This document shows positions 53,544-61,778 of a stretch of 64,000 nt of DNA, in pieces. Origin of the DNA: a virus; IMG/VR virus record IMGVR_UViG_3300043449_002191, positions 64,001 to 128,000 of that record; one strand, written 5' to 3'. Below the pieces are notes generated by a model, which had not been told where the DNA came from, ran no database searches, and saw only the letters and a list, made by a program, of their open reading frames with translations. The translations under genes were made by a program, and so were the position numbers. The stretch's first letter is position 1. Each line of letters opens with the position of its first letter.

Positions 53544-55419
53544 CTTAGATCCAAATTTAACAAAAGTATTTAATACTAAGTTTGAAACAAAAGATCAAAT
53601 GAAGGATTGGGTATTTTTATTTTTAGGTCTAGACTTGCCAGATTCATATATTGACCCAGATAGCAACTCAAGTCCTATTGAGTGGATGTTTGACGTTTAT
53701 AATATGTACAAAACTAATACTGCAGACCAAAGTCCATCTGTGATTACGGTAAGCTCAAGGGAAAGCTATAAAACTCTTACAGAAGCTATTCTTGCCGTTA
53801 TACTCATGGGGCACTTTAATGCTACAATATGTCACATGGCTGCAATTGTTCCACAAGCCACAGCAGCTCAAAAGTATATTACTAATTTTTTAGCAAAAGT
53901 AACACCATACATGGAATACTTTGGGCGATCAATTAATTCCCAAAACGCAAAAGAAGTTTCTATTAAAAACCCAGATGGATCATCTACCTGGATGAAGATC
54001 GTCGTATGTACAATTGCCGGAGCTAATTCTAGCCACAGTAATGTCCTTTGCGTAGACGAGGTTGATACTATTAGATCGCAAGAGGGTATACGAGCTTATA
54101 AAGAAGCGGAATTTATCCCTGGAGTTTTTAATGGGCAAAATCCAATTACAATAAAAACCTCTACTATGAAGTTTCCAGGAGGACTTTTTTCAAAAGAAAT
54201 GGAAAAAGCTTCTAAAGAAAACTGGAAAACATTTAAGTGGAATATTTTAGATATAACTGAATATTGCCCATCAGAACGAGCTAGACCAGATCTACCTAAA
54301 AAGATCATGTACACTAGAGACAAAAAGCTACCTCTTAAAGCTATTGGTGAAAAAGAATATGAAAGTTTAACCGATAAAGAAAAAGAAGAATATATAAAGC
54401 AAGACGCAATGGGTGGGTGTGCAGGATGCCCTCTTCTCCCCGTTTGTAAAGGTAGATTACACCAAAGAAGGCCATCGGATAAAGGTGGGTTATGGAAACC
54501 GATTTCTTTTACTATATCGCAATTTAAAAAAACAGACCCAGACTTAGGCGAAGCCCAGCTAATGTGTTGGAAGCCGTCTTCTCAAGGTATGGTTTATGGT
54601 AGATTTCTAGAAAGAGCTGACGGTAAAGGAAACACATATACACTAAAACAGGCATGGGAAGTTTTTACTGGGGACGAAGCTCCAGAAAATGTAAATATTA
54701 CAATGCTGACCCAGCTCATGAAAGAAAAGGGAATCTCTTTTTACGCAGGGGTTGACTGGGGATTTAGACATTATTTTGCTATTACTATCTCAGCATTAAT
54801 GCCAAACAAAGAATGGTGGATCATTGACTCTTATGCTGTTTCTGGGCTAGAGTTTGAGCAAATGATGGACCTTGCTATGCAGGTTAGGGATATCTATAAA
54901 CCTAAAATGTGGTTTGCGGATACCGCCCAACCCATGTTTATCAAAGCTTTTAAGAAAAACAAAATGCCTTGCAAAAACTTCAAAAAAGATGTTATGGGGG
55001 GTATCTCTGCCGTTCGTGGCCAGATCGTTGATGCAAAAGATACCAGAAGGCTTAAAGTTATCATACATGACAGAAACGAAAGCGTCTTGATAGGGTTCAG
55101 AGAGCATACTTTTATGCTGGACTCCTTGGGGAATATAACTCAAGAGCCTGATGATTCGGAAGTTGCAGATACAATGGATACCTTAAGATATCAAGCTCAG
55201 AACTTATTTGCACCAAAAAACAAGCCAACAGTTACAGAAAATATAGAAAAATCAACTATTTATATGGATAATCCATATGGAGATAGGCCAGAATTCCAAA
55301 CTCCTCAGCACAGTTGGAACGAAATCAAGAAAAAAGCAATGATTTCAACAGCTAAGGAAGAAATAACAGGGGACACAAAAGGAAGTGACGGCATAATCTG
55401 GACCTTTGACGATGAATAA
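53530..55419 (+). CDS. terL: Terminase large subunit
   Basis: Deviant Walker A SSRESYKT, Walker B LCVDEVD, RNase H YAGVDWG, DTMDTLRY; upstream of portal. Confidence 0.88.
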   Translation: MKTVNLDPNLTKVFNTKFETKDQMKDWVFLFLGLDLPDSYIDPDSNSSPIEWMFDVYNMYKTNTADQSPSVITVSSRESYKTLTEAILAVILMGHFNATICHMAAIVPQATAAQKYITNFLAKVTPYMEYFGRSINSQNAKEVSIKNPDGSSTWMKIVVCTIAGANSSHSNVLCVDEVDTIRSQEGIRAYKEAEFIPGVFNGQNPITIKTSTMKFPGGLFSKEMEKASKENWKTFKWNILDITEYCPSERARPDLPKKIMYTRDKKLPLKAIGEKEYESLTDKEKEEYIKQDAMGGCAGCPLLPVCKGRLHQRRPSDKGGLWKPISFTISQFKKTDPDLGEAQLMCWKPSSQGMVYGRFLERADGKGNTYTLKQAWEVFTGDEAPENVNITMLTQLMKEKGISFYAGVDWGFRHYFAITISALMPNKEWWIIDSYAVSGLEFEQMMDLAMQVRDIYKPKMWFADTAQPMFIKAFKKNKMPCKNFKKDVMGGISAVRGQIVDAKDTRRLKVIIHDRNESVLIGFREHTFMLDSLGNITQEPDDSEVADTMDTLRYQAQNLFAPKNKPTVTENIEKSTIYMDNPYGDRPEFQTPQHSWNEIKKKAMISTAKEEITGDTKGSDGIIWTFDDE

Positions 55420-55428
55420 AGCTAATAG

Positions 55429-55439
55429 CCTAATCTTAT
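55429..55439 (+). promoter_or_regulatory. Putative late promoter CCTAATCTTAT, in tandem with a TGTGGTATAAT -10
   Basis: Exact motif upstream of the head-gene block. Confidence 0.75.
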
Positions 55440-55484
55440 AGAAAGATTAATAGTTTTGTGGTATAATACTTTTGAGGAAAAGTC

Positions 55485-56462
55485 ATGAATAATCATATTT
55501 TAAACATTATCAATCAATTTATGTGCTACAGTGACCCATCCGTTACTGATAATCCTCACCAAAGAGCTTTTGATCACCGTAGAGCAATCAATACATTGTC
55601 TGTAAAAAATCCATACTCTAGCTCTAAAGTATTGGCACCAGGGCAATCCTTTAAGTTAATTGATAGCACAACAGAGCATGGCTTCCAAGCTGGAAGCACT
55701 ATACTTACCTTAGACCTTATTTCTGCGGAAGAATCTTTGTACCGATTGTCAGTTAGCGGTCCTGCAGATTTAAAAACGGCACGTTCTGTATCCTCAATTA
55801 CTTCATGTGCAGTTACAGTAAACAATAACGCTGTAGTAGAGTTTAATTTTTCTGGAGCCACACTTACAGGAGTCCAAGCTGGAGATCTTCTTAGAATCAA
55901 GGGTGCCGTATTACACGACTCTGGAGTCTGCGCTTTTAATCCGCTTAATTCAGGTTTTTGGAAAATTTTGGCTGTTTCTGGAACAAAAGTAAGCTGCGTT
56001 AGGCCAGCAGGTGATGTGGATCAAGCTATTGCAGAAAATATAGCAGATGCATCAAGTGATGTTGAATTTTTTGCAGATGACGGAGTTCAAAAAGGAAATA
56101 AAATATCGATCAGCGGTACTTTAAGCGTAGTCTCTCAAAGAGTTTATGAAATTAAAGATGTTACTCCAAGCTATATTGATTTTGTATCTACTCAACCGCT
56201 ACCATTGGAATCTGACCTTGCTTATGAAGCAGATTCTATTGTTATCTATAGCATGGTAAAAAAGTTCTTCTATATCGAATGTGATCAAGAGTGTGTAATC
56301 AGATTTAATGGAGATACTGGAGATTCTAACAAATTATCTCCAATCGCTGCAGGAAATAGCCAATTGCCAGCATTTATGTCTAAAGTTGGCGATAGCTATA
56401 TATGTGAGATTGTAAATAAGTCAATCAACTCCTGCAATATTAAATTCTTTACTTGTGAGTAA
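55485..56462 (+). CDS. Beta-rich virion structural protein
   Basis: Between terL and portal; late motif upstream. Confidence 0.65.
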   Translation: MNNHILNIINQFMCYSDPSVTDNPHQRAFDHRRAINTLSVKNPYSSSKVLAPGQSFKLIDSTTEHGFQAGSTILTLDLISAEESLYRLSVSGPADLKTARSVSSITSCAVTVNNNAVVEFNFSGATLTGVQAGDLLRIKGAVLHDSGVCAFNPLNSGFWKILAVSGTKVSCVRPAGDVDQAIAENIADASSDVEFFADDGVQKGNKISISGTLSVVSQRVYEIKDVTPSYIDFVSTQPLPLESDLAYEADSIVIYSMVKKFFYIECDQECVIRFNGDTGDSNKLSPIAAGNSQLPAFMSKVGDSYICEIVNKSINSCNIKFFTCE

Positions 56463-56466
56463 TTAA

Positions 56467-58551
56467 ATGGCTAAAGATAACGAAAAGAAACAGCCGATTT
56501 TAGCATTAGATCCAGTCTCATATAATATGCTCAAAAAACAAGAGCAAGATGAGATTGAATCTGCTAGTGCAAAAACAGAAAAAACTGAAGCTCAAGAAAA
56601 GTCAGTTCTCGGCATGATTCTAAAGTCACTTCAAAGTCAAGCTGCCCAACAAGTCGATAGGATGGCCTTTGAGGTTGATCCATTAAATCATAATACTAAT
56701 ACAGCAAACTTTTATAAAGTAAAAACTAATCTTACCCCAGATCACGTCATTAAAAAGCTTATTGGTCCAAGTGGGGATGAATTAGTTTCACAAATTCTAC
56801 AAGCAAGAGCAAACCACATCTCCGCTTTTGGTAGACCTAGAACGGATAGATTTTCTACAGGCTTTGATTTTGTCGATATGGATAAAAATGCCATTAGGAC
56901 AGAAGAAGAGCAAAAAGCTTTACAGGAAAGAGTAGAAAAAGCCAGAGCATTTCTTTGGAAATGCGGCTTAGAAAAACTTGATACTGAAGCTGATCAGCCT
57001 AATTTAAGTCAAATACTCAAACAAGTTGTCAGAGATGGTATTGCTTACGGAAGGCTCGCAGTAGAACATTTATACGGAGCAGACCCTAAAACTGGTAAAA
57101 AAGTTTATTACGGCTTTAGACCTGTTGACGCCGGAACTGTCTATAAGATTTTACCTAAACGTGAACAAGACCAGACTTTAAGGGCTCAAGCCGTATCTAT
57201 TTTAGCTGGTCTTAAAAACGAAAAAATCAGCGTAGAAAAATACAAAAAAGACGAATACAGATACGTTCAAGTTATTGACGGTAAACCTGTCCAAGCATTT
57301 GCAGAAGAAGAACTTTCGCTATACAATCTTTATCCTGTCACAAACGTAGAATACAATGGCTATCCGCTAACTCCAATTGACCAAGCTTTAAATGCAATCA
57401 TGACTCACATCAATATTGCAATGCACAATAAGCTGTACTTCCAAAACGGAAGAGCAGCCAAAGGGATGCTTATTTTTAAATCTGACAGTATAGATGAGTC
57501 AACTGTACAGAAGATTAGACTTCAATTCCATCAGTCAATTAACTCAGTTCAGAATTCCTGGAGAATGCCAGTATTTGCAGTTGGTGCAGAAGATGACGTA
57601 CAATTTTCTTCAATAGATACTCAAGGTCGTGACGCAGAGTTTCAATATTTAATGGATAACAATGCCAGGGTAATCCTTTCGTCTTTCCAAATGTCCCCAG
57701 AAGAATTACCTGGGTATGCTCACCTTGCAAGAGGTACTAACACACAGGCTCTTTCAGAATCTGATAATGAATGGAAGCTTACTGCAGCCCGTGATGTAGG
57801 TTTACGTCCACTAGTTCTTGATATTCAAGATTTCTTAAATAATCATATTTTACCTAAAATTGATGCAGAGTTAGCTAAAACCCACCAAATTGTTTTGGCT
57901 GGATTAGAAAAAGATAGTCCAGAAAAAGAAGCTACTAGATTGCAGCAAGATATGCCTATTCATATGACCTACAATGAGGTCTTGGAATACGTAGAAAAGA
58001 ATTTGTTAGACAAGTCAGTTGGTGGAGACTTCCCATTAAACCCACAGTACCAAGCTATTATCAGTCAATATCTTACAGTAGGTCAAATATTAGAAAGCTT
58101 TTTTGGCGTTAAAGACGCATCTAAAGACCCACGTTATCAGTACGTAAGAGACCCTTTCTGGTTCCAAAACCAGCAAATTTTATTACAAAAAGCTCAAGTT
58201 GCTATGCAGCAACAAATGATGGTTGAGCAACAAATGCAACAACAAATGATGGCACAACAACAAGCTGCTATGGGCCAAGATCCTAATGCTCCACAAGAAG
58301 GCCAAGATCAATCTTTACCACCACAACAAGGTTCAAATCCACAAGATAATATGCAGAAAAATTCTGAATGGGCTATAGCAAATTATCAAGTAATGGAAAA
58401 GGCTATTAAAAACAACCACAATTCCATTTCAAAAATGCTCCTAAATAGACATTCGCAAATGGTAGATAAGCATTTATCTAAATGGTCCGAAGACTCCAAA
58501 AAAGCCCTAAAAGAGCTAGAAAAGGTCTTAAAAGATAAGAAAGAGGACTAA
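56467..58551 (+). CDS. Portal protein
   Basis: FRPVDAGTV, GYPLTPIDQA, YFQNGRAAKGML, FQMSPEEL, GLRPL; Q/M-rich tail. Confidence 0.9.
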   Translation: MAKDNEKKQPILALDPVSYNMLKKQEQDEIESASAKTEKTEAQEKSVLGMILKSLQSQAAQQVDRMAFEVDPLNHNTNTANFYKVKTNLTPDHVIKKLIGPSGDELVSQILQARANHISAFGRPRTDRFSTGFDFVDMDKNAIRTEEEQKALQERVEKARAFLWKCGLEKLDTEADQPNLSQILKQVVRDGIAYGRLAVEHLYGADPKTGKKVYYGFRPVDAGTVYKILPKREQDQTLRAQAVSILAGLKNEKISVEKYKKDEYRYVQVIDGKPVQAFAEEELSLYNLYPVTNVEYNGYPLTPIDQALNAIMTHINIAMHNKLYFQNGRAAKGMLIFKSDSIDESTVQKIRLQFHQSINSVQNSWRMPVFAVGAEDDVQFSSIDTQGRDAEFQYLMDNNARVILSSFQMSPEELPGYAHLARGTNTQALSESDNEWKLTAARDVGLRPLVLDIQDFLNNHILPKIDAELAKTHQIVLAGLEKDSPEKEATRLQQDMPIHMTYNEVLEYVEKNLLDKSVGGDFPLNPQYQAIISQYLTVGQILESFFGVKDASKDPRYQYVRDPFWFQNQQILLQKAQVAMQQQMMVEQQMQQQMMAQQQAAMGQDPNAPQEGQDQSLPPQQGSNPQDNMQKNSEWAIANYQVMEKAIKNNHNSISKMLLNRHSQMVDKHLSKWSEDSKKALKELEKVLKDKKED

Positions 58552-59439
58552 ATGCAGCTCTCTCTTTTTCAAAGACAGCTAATAATGAATAAGGTCGATG
58601 AGCTATTTGATTCAGCAAAAGCTCGTTTACAAGGACGTTTTTTCAAAGGTCCAGCAATATACTTTGAAGTAATTAATGCAACTCACCCTGAAGAAACTAT
58701 TGAAGGCATATATACCCACGCCCTTAAAACTATGTTTGGACCAACTGCCACTACTTCCTCCGAAAGATCAATAGAACACCTTTCTGAAATAGCTGGAAAT
58801 TACATTGACGCTCAAAAAATGAAAGTTAAAAATTATGTAATTGCAGATGTTTTAAACGCTAAAACCGCAAGCGAGGCATATAAAGCTGTATCTGACAATT
58901 TAGGTAAAGCCCAGAAGTACATGGAAATGCTTGTTGCTAATGAAACCAAGCTGATACAGTCTTACGCCTCAAAAGAAGGTGTTTCTCGCATTGCTGCAGA
59001 TATGAAAGACGATAACCCTACTATAGTCTGGTTTGGGCCAGTAGATAATAAAACTTGTAAGCATTGCAAAGAAATGTATCATGACGATGCTATGCCACTT
59101 AAACCAAAACCTTGGAAAATGTCACAATTAAGGGACGGATACTTTAAACCAAAAGAATGGGACAGAGCTTCTGTTTTCCATAATGCTCACCCTAGATGCA
59201 GACACGCTATGAGTTATGTACCTAAAAATATGGGGTTTAATGATAGAGGGCAGATTGAGTTTAAGCATTTTGGATACGACTATTACCAGGATTATTATTC
59301 TACACAAAAAAGTCAACCAGAATATGGCGAACCATTAAAAAAAGAGCTAGACCTTAGTCAATTCTTTATGGATTATGACGAATATATTGAATATCAGATT
59401 CAGCATGAAAAGGCTCATCACAAAAACTCCAAACCCTAA
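58552..59439 (+). CDS. Head morphogenesis protein (SPP1 gp7/MuF-like)
   Basis: ANET, DNKTCKHC, HPRCRH; follows portal. Confidence 0.8.
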   Translation: MQLSLFQRQLIMNKVDELFDSAKARLQGRFFKGPAIYFEVINATHPEETIEGIYTHALKTMFGPTATTSSERSIEHLSEIAGNYIDAQKMKVKNYVIADVLNAKTASEAYKAVSDNLGKAQKYMEMLVANETKLIQSYASKEGVSRIAADMKDDNPTIVWFGPVDNKTCKHCKEMYHDDAMPLKPKPWKMSQLRDGYFKPKEWDRASVFHNAHPRCRHAMSYVPKNMGFNDRGQIEFKHFGYDYYQDYYSTQKSQPEYGEPLKKELDLSQFFMDYDEYIEYQIQHEKAHHKNSKP

Positions 59440-59445
59440 TCTTAT
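59435..59445 (+). promoter_or_regulatory. Putative late promoter CCTAATCTTAT
   Basis: Exact motif overlapping the stop codon, upstream of the prohead protease. Confidence 0.75.
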
Positions 59446-59466
59446 TAAAGGTATGGAGATCAAATA

Positions 59467-61173
59467 ATGTCACTGAAAATCGATGGTATTGCCGCATCAT
59501 CTGCTTTAGATAGTTCTGGTGAAATACTGGAAATAGAAGGCTTAGATATCTCCGATTTTATCGAAGGTCGTGGTGTACTTAACTGGGAGCATGATAATAA
59601 GCATGAAAATACAGTTGGTGCCATAGTCTATGCTAAAAAGATTTTACAAAAATCTGACTGCGAAAATGATCGTCAACGTAGGTATTGGGACTCAGTAAAA
59701 AAGCCTTTTGTGTATATAATCGGCGAACTTTTTGATGACGAAGATCATCCAGGCGCAATTGCTATTGCAGCTATGATCAGATATTATTCTAAAAAATCAG
59801 AAAAAATGCTAGTTGGCTTTTCAATTGAAGGTTCTACTCTAGAACGTGATGGCAATATGCTTAAACAGGCTATTGCTAGGCGCTGCGCTATTACCATTAA
59901 ACCTGCCAATAAAACTGCTATTGCCGACATCTATGAAGATGAAAAAGTCAAAAAGCTTATGAATGACATGGAAAAATCCCAATCAGACGTACAGCTATTT
60001 GAAGTAGACTCTTTTACATTAGAAGATAAAGAAGTTCCATATTCCCCATACATGGAAATCCATAAGGCTATTGAAGATCTAAACAAAACATTGACTGCAG
60101 GCATGGGTAATGTAGCTCCAAGCCAGTTAGTAGGTGGAGCAGCTTTAGTTCGTGAGCAATTAAGCGGAACTCAAAAAAATAAGGTAAAAGCCGCCCTAAG
60201 AGACTGGGATAAAAGAACGCCCTTAAAACAAGTAATTAAAAATGTATTGCCAGAAATTGGCGATAAATATGTAGAACATTTTACTGATTTAGCCGAAGAC
60301 TTGATGCTTAAAAAATCTATGCAAAATCCAGCAGTTAGATTATCATCTAAGCATGGGCATACTCCTCTCCATCCAGAGCAAAACGAATTAATTGAAGGTC
60401 TTCAAGTTACACAAGACTTAGATAAAATGCCAGTATTTAAACCAAAACACGACCTTTACGGTTCCGCTATATATAAAGGTAAAAACGACAAAGGTCAAAC
60501 AGTTTTAATTAAAAGCCCAGAAAAAGATAAACCAGAAGACTTACACAACTTTGCTCAAAAAGCTTCTATGTACCATGGAATAGCAAAAAGCGTTTTTGGT
60601 CTTGGCGACAATGTGCCTGAAACAGCAGCATTTAAACATGAAAGCTTAAAAAACTCAAATAAACATCATGGAGATTGGTTCCAAGCTATTGAGCATAAAA
60701 AGGACACTAAGACTCCATTGGAAGACCAAAAAGGGTATAACGCCGTTATTGCTACACCTGAAGGTCAAGATAAGCTTTCAAAGCTATTGATAATGGACCA
60801 TATTTTAGGTGGTAGAGATAGACACGCCGGAAATATTTTATTTGATAAAAAAGGCGAGCTGCACCTTATCGATAATGATAGATCTTTTGATCATTACGAC
60901 TCAGACTTTTTACCTTCAGAAACACACGAAGAAATAATGCCTGAAAATGGATTTTTAATTTCCGATGATACCGCAAATTGGATTAAAAAAGTTGACCCAA
61001 AAATTTTACTTAAGACTATGCTAGACCATGGTATACACCATGATACCGCAAAAAAATCCATTTTGAAGCTAAAAGCTTATCAAAAAATGGCAAAAAAGGG
61101 ATATAATATTAAAGATTTAATAGATAAAGCTCATATGTCTGTGAGTGCTGCACCCAAGGAAAAGGTTAAGTAA
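59467..61173 (+). CDS. Prohead protease fused to a C-terminal PI3K/PI4K/HipA-like kinase domain
   Basis: N-term IDGIAAS..LDSSGE, LNWEH, GFSIEG; C-term VLIK, FGL..VPET, MDHILGGRDRHAGNIL, LIDNDRSF. Confidence 0.85.
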   Translation: MSLKIDGIAASSALDSSGEILEIEGLDISDFIEGRGVLNWEHDNKHENTVGAIVYAKKILQKSDCENDRQRRYWDSVKKPFVYIIGELFDDEDHPGAIAIAAMIRYYSKKSEKMLVGFSIEGSTLERDGNMLKQAIARRCAITIKPANKTAIADIYEDEKVKKLMNDMEKSQSDVQLFEVDSFTLEDKEVPYSPYMEIHKAIEDLNKTLTAGMGNVAPSQLVGGAALVREQLSGTQKNKVKAALRDWDKRTPLKQVIKNVLPEIGDKYVEHFTDLAEDLMLKKSMQNPAVRLSSKHGHTPLHPEQNELIEGLQVTQDLDKMPVFKPKHDLYGSAIYKGKNDKGQTVLIKSPEKDKPEDLHNFAQKASMYHGIAKSVFGLGDNVPETAAFKHESLKNSNKHHGDWFQAIEHKKDTKTPLEDQKGYNAVIATPEGQDKLSKLLIMDHILGGRDRHAGNILFDKKGELHLIDNDRSFDHYDSDFLPSETHEEIMPENGFLISDDTANWIKKVDPKILLKTMLDHGIHHDTAKKSILKLKAYQKMAKKGYNIKDLIDKAHMSVSAAPKEKVK

Positions 61174-61778
61174 TGAAAGTCTATGTCATTAAAAGCGTAA
61201 ACTCAGACATCCCCTTGGCTGAAATCAGAACTGATGGCAGATCTGTTGATTTTATTGTAGATAATACTGAAGGCCAACTTCCATCAAAAGTGGGCAATAG
61301 CCTAGAAGCGCTTAAAAAATACCTAAAGTCTTCTAGTATCTACTTAGAAGAACCAACTCAGCCTACAGCACATTTAATCAGATACGTTCTATCAAACGGA
61401 GATGTTGCTGAAATCACTACTGACGGTAAAACCTGCCTTTTAAATGGTAACCTGCTAACTGAGCAAGAAAAATATGCTCTATTTGATGCTATTAAAAGAA
61501 AAGAAATTCAAGTATCTAGAAAATCTGATGATATACAACCAGTTTTACCTAAAGCGCAAAAGCCTTTAGAGGAAATTAAGCCAAAACAACTGCACCCTAC
61601 TATTCAATCTCAAATGAAAGAATACTTTGAAGAAAAAAGAAAGCAATTGGAAAAATCAACACCAGATATGGATCATGAGATTGAAGATTCTGTGGCTAAG
61701 ATGGCCGGAGACAGACAAGAAGTAGGCTTTGTAAGGGACCTTTTGTATTGGTTAAAGCACGGAGGCAATCGTGAATAA
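61173..61778 (+). CDS. Hypothetical head-region protein
   Basis: Coupled ORF; internal EI(R/T)TDG(R/K) duplication. Confidence 0.7.
   Translation: MKVYVIKSVNSDIPLAEIRTDGRSVDFIVDNTEGQLPSKVGNSLEALKKYLKSSSIYLEEPTQPTAHLIRYVLSNGDVAEITTDGKTCLLNGNLLTEQEKYALFDAIKRKEIQVSRKSDDIQPVLPKAQKPLEEIKPKQLHPTIQSQMKEYFEEKRKQLEKSTPDMDHEIEDSVAKMAGDRQEVGFVRDLLYWLKHGGNRE

Noticed and set aside
29524-55419. Inteins or introns in dnaE, nrdA/B, helicase or terL
   Set aside because: Lengths are ordinary, ORFs continuous, and no intein splice-junction or LAGLIDADG/HNH motifs recognised.
56725-57520. Extra late-promoter hits inside portal (ACTAATCTTAC, antisense TCTAATCTT)
   Set aside because: Partial matches, intragenic, no downstream gene start.
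58195-58350. Q/M-rich CAA repeat in portal
   Set aside because: Low-complexity tails are common in large-phage portals.
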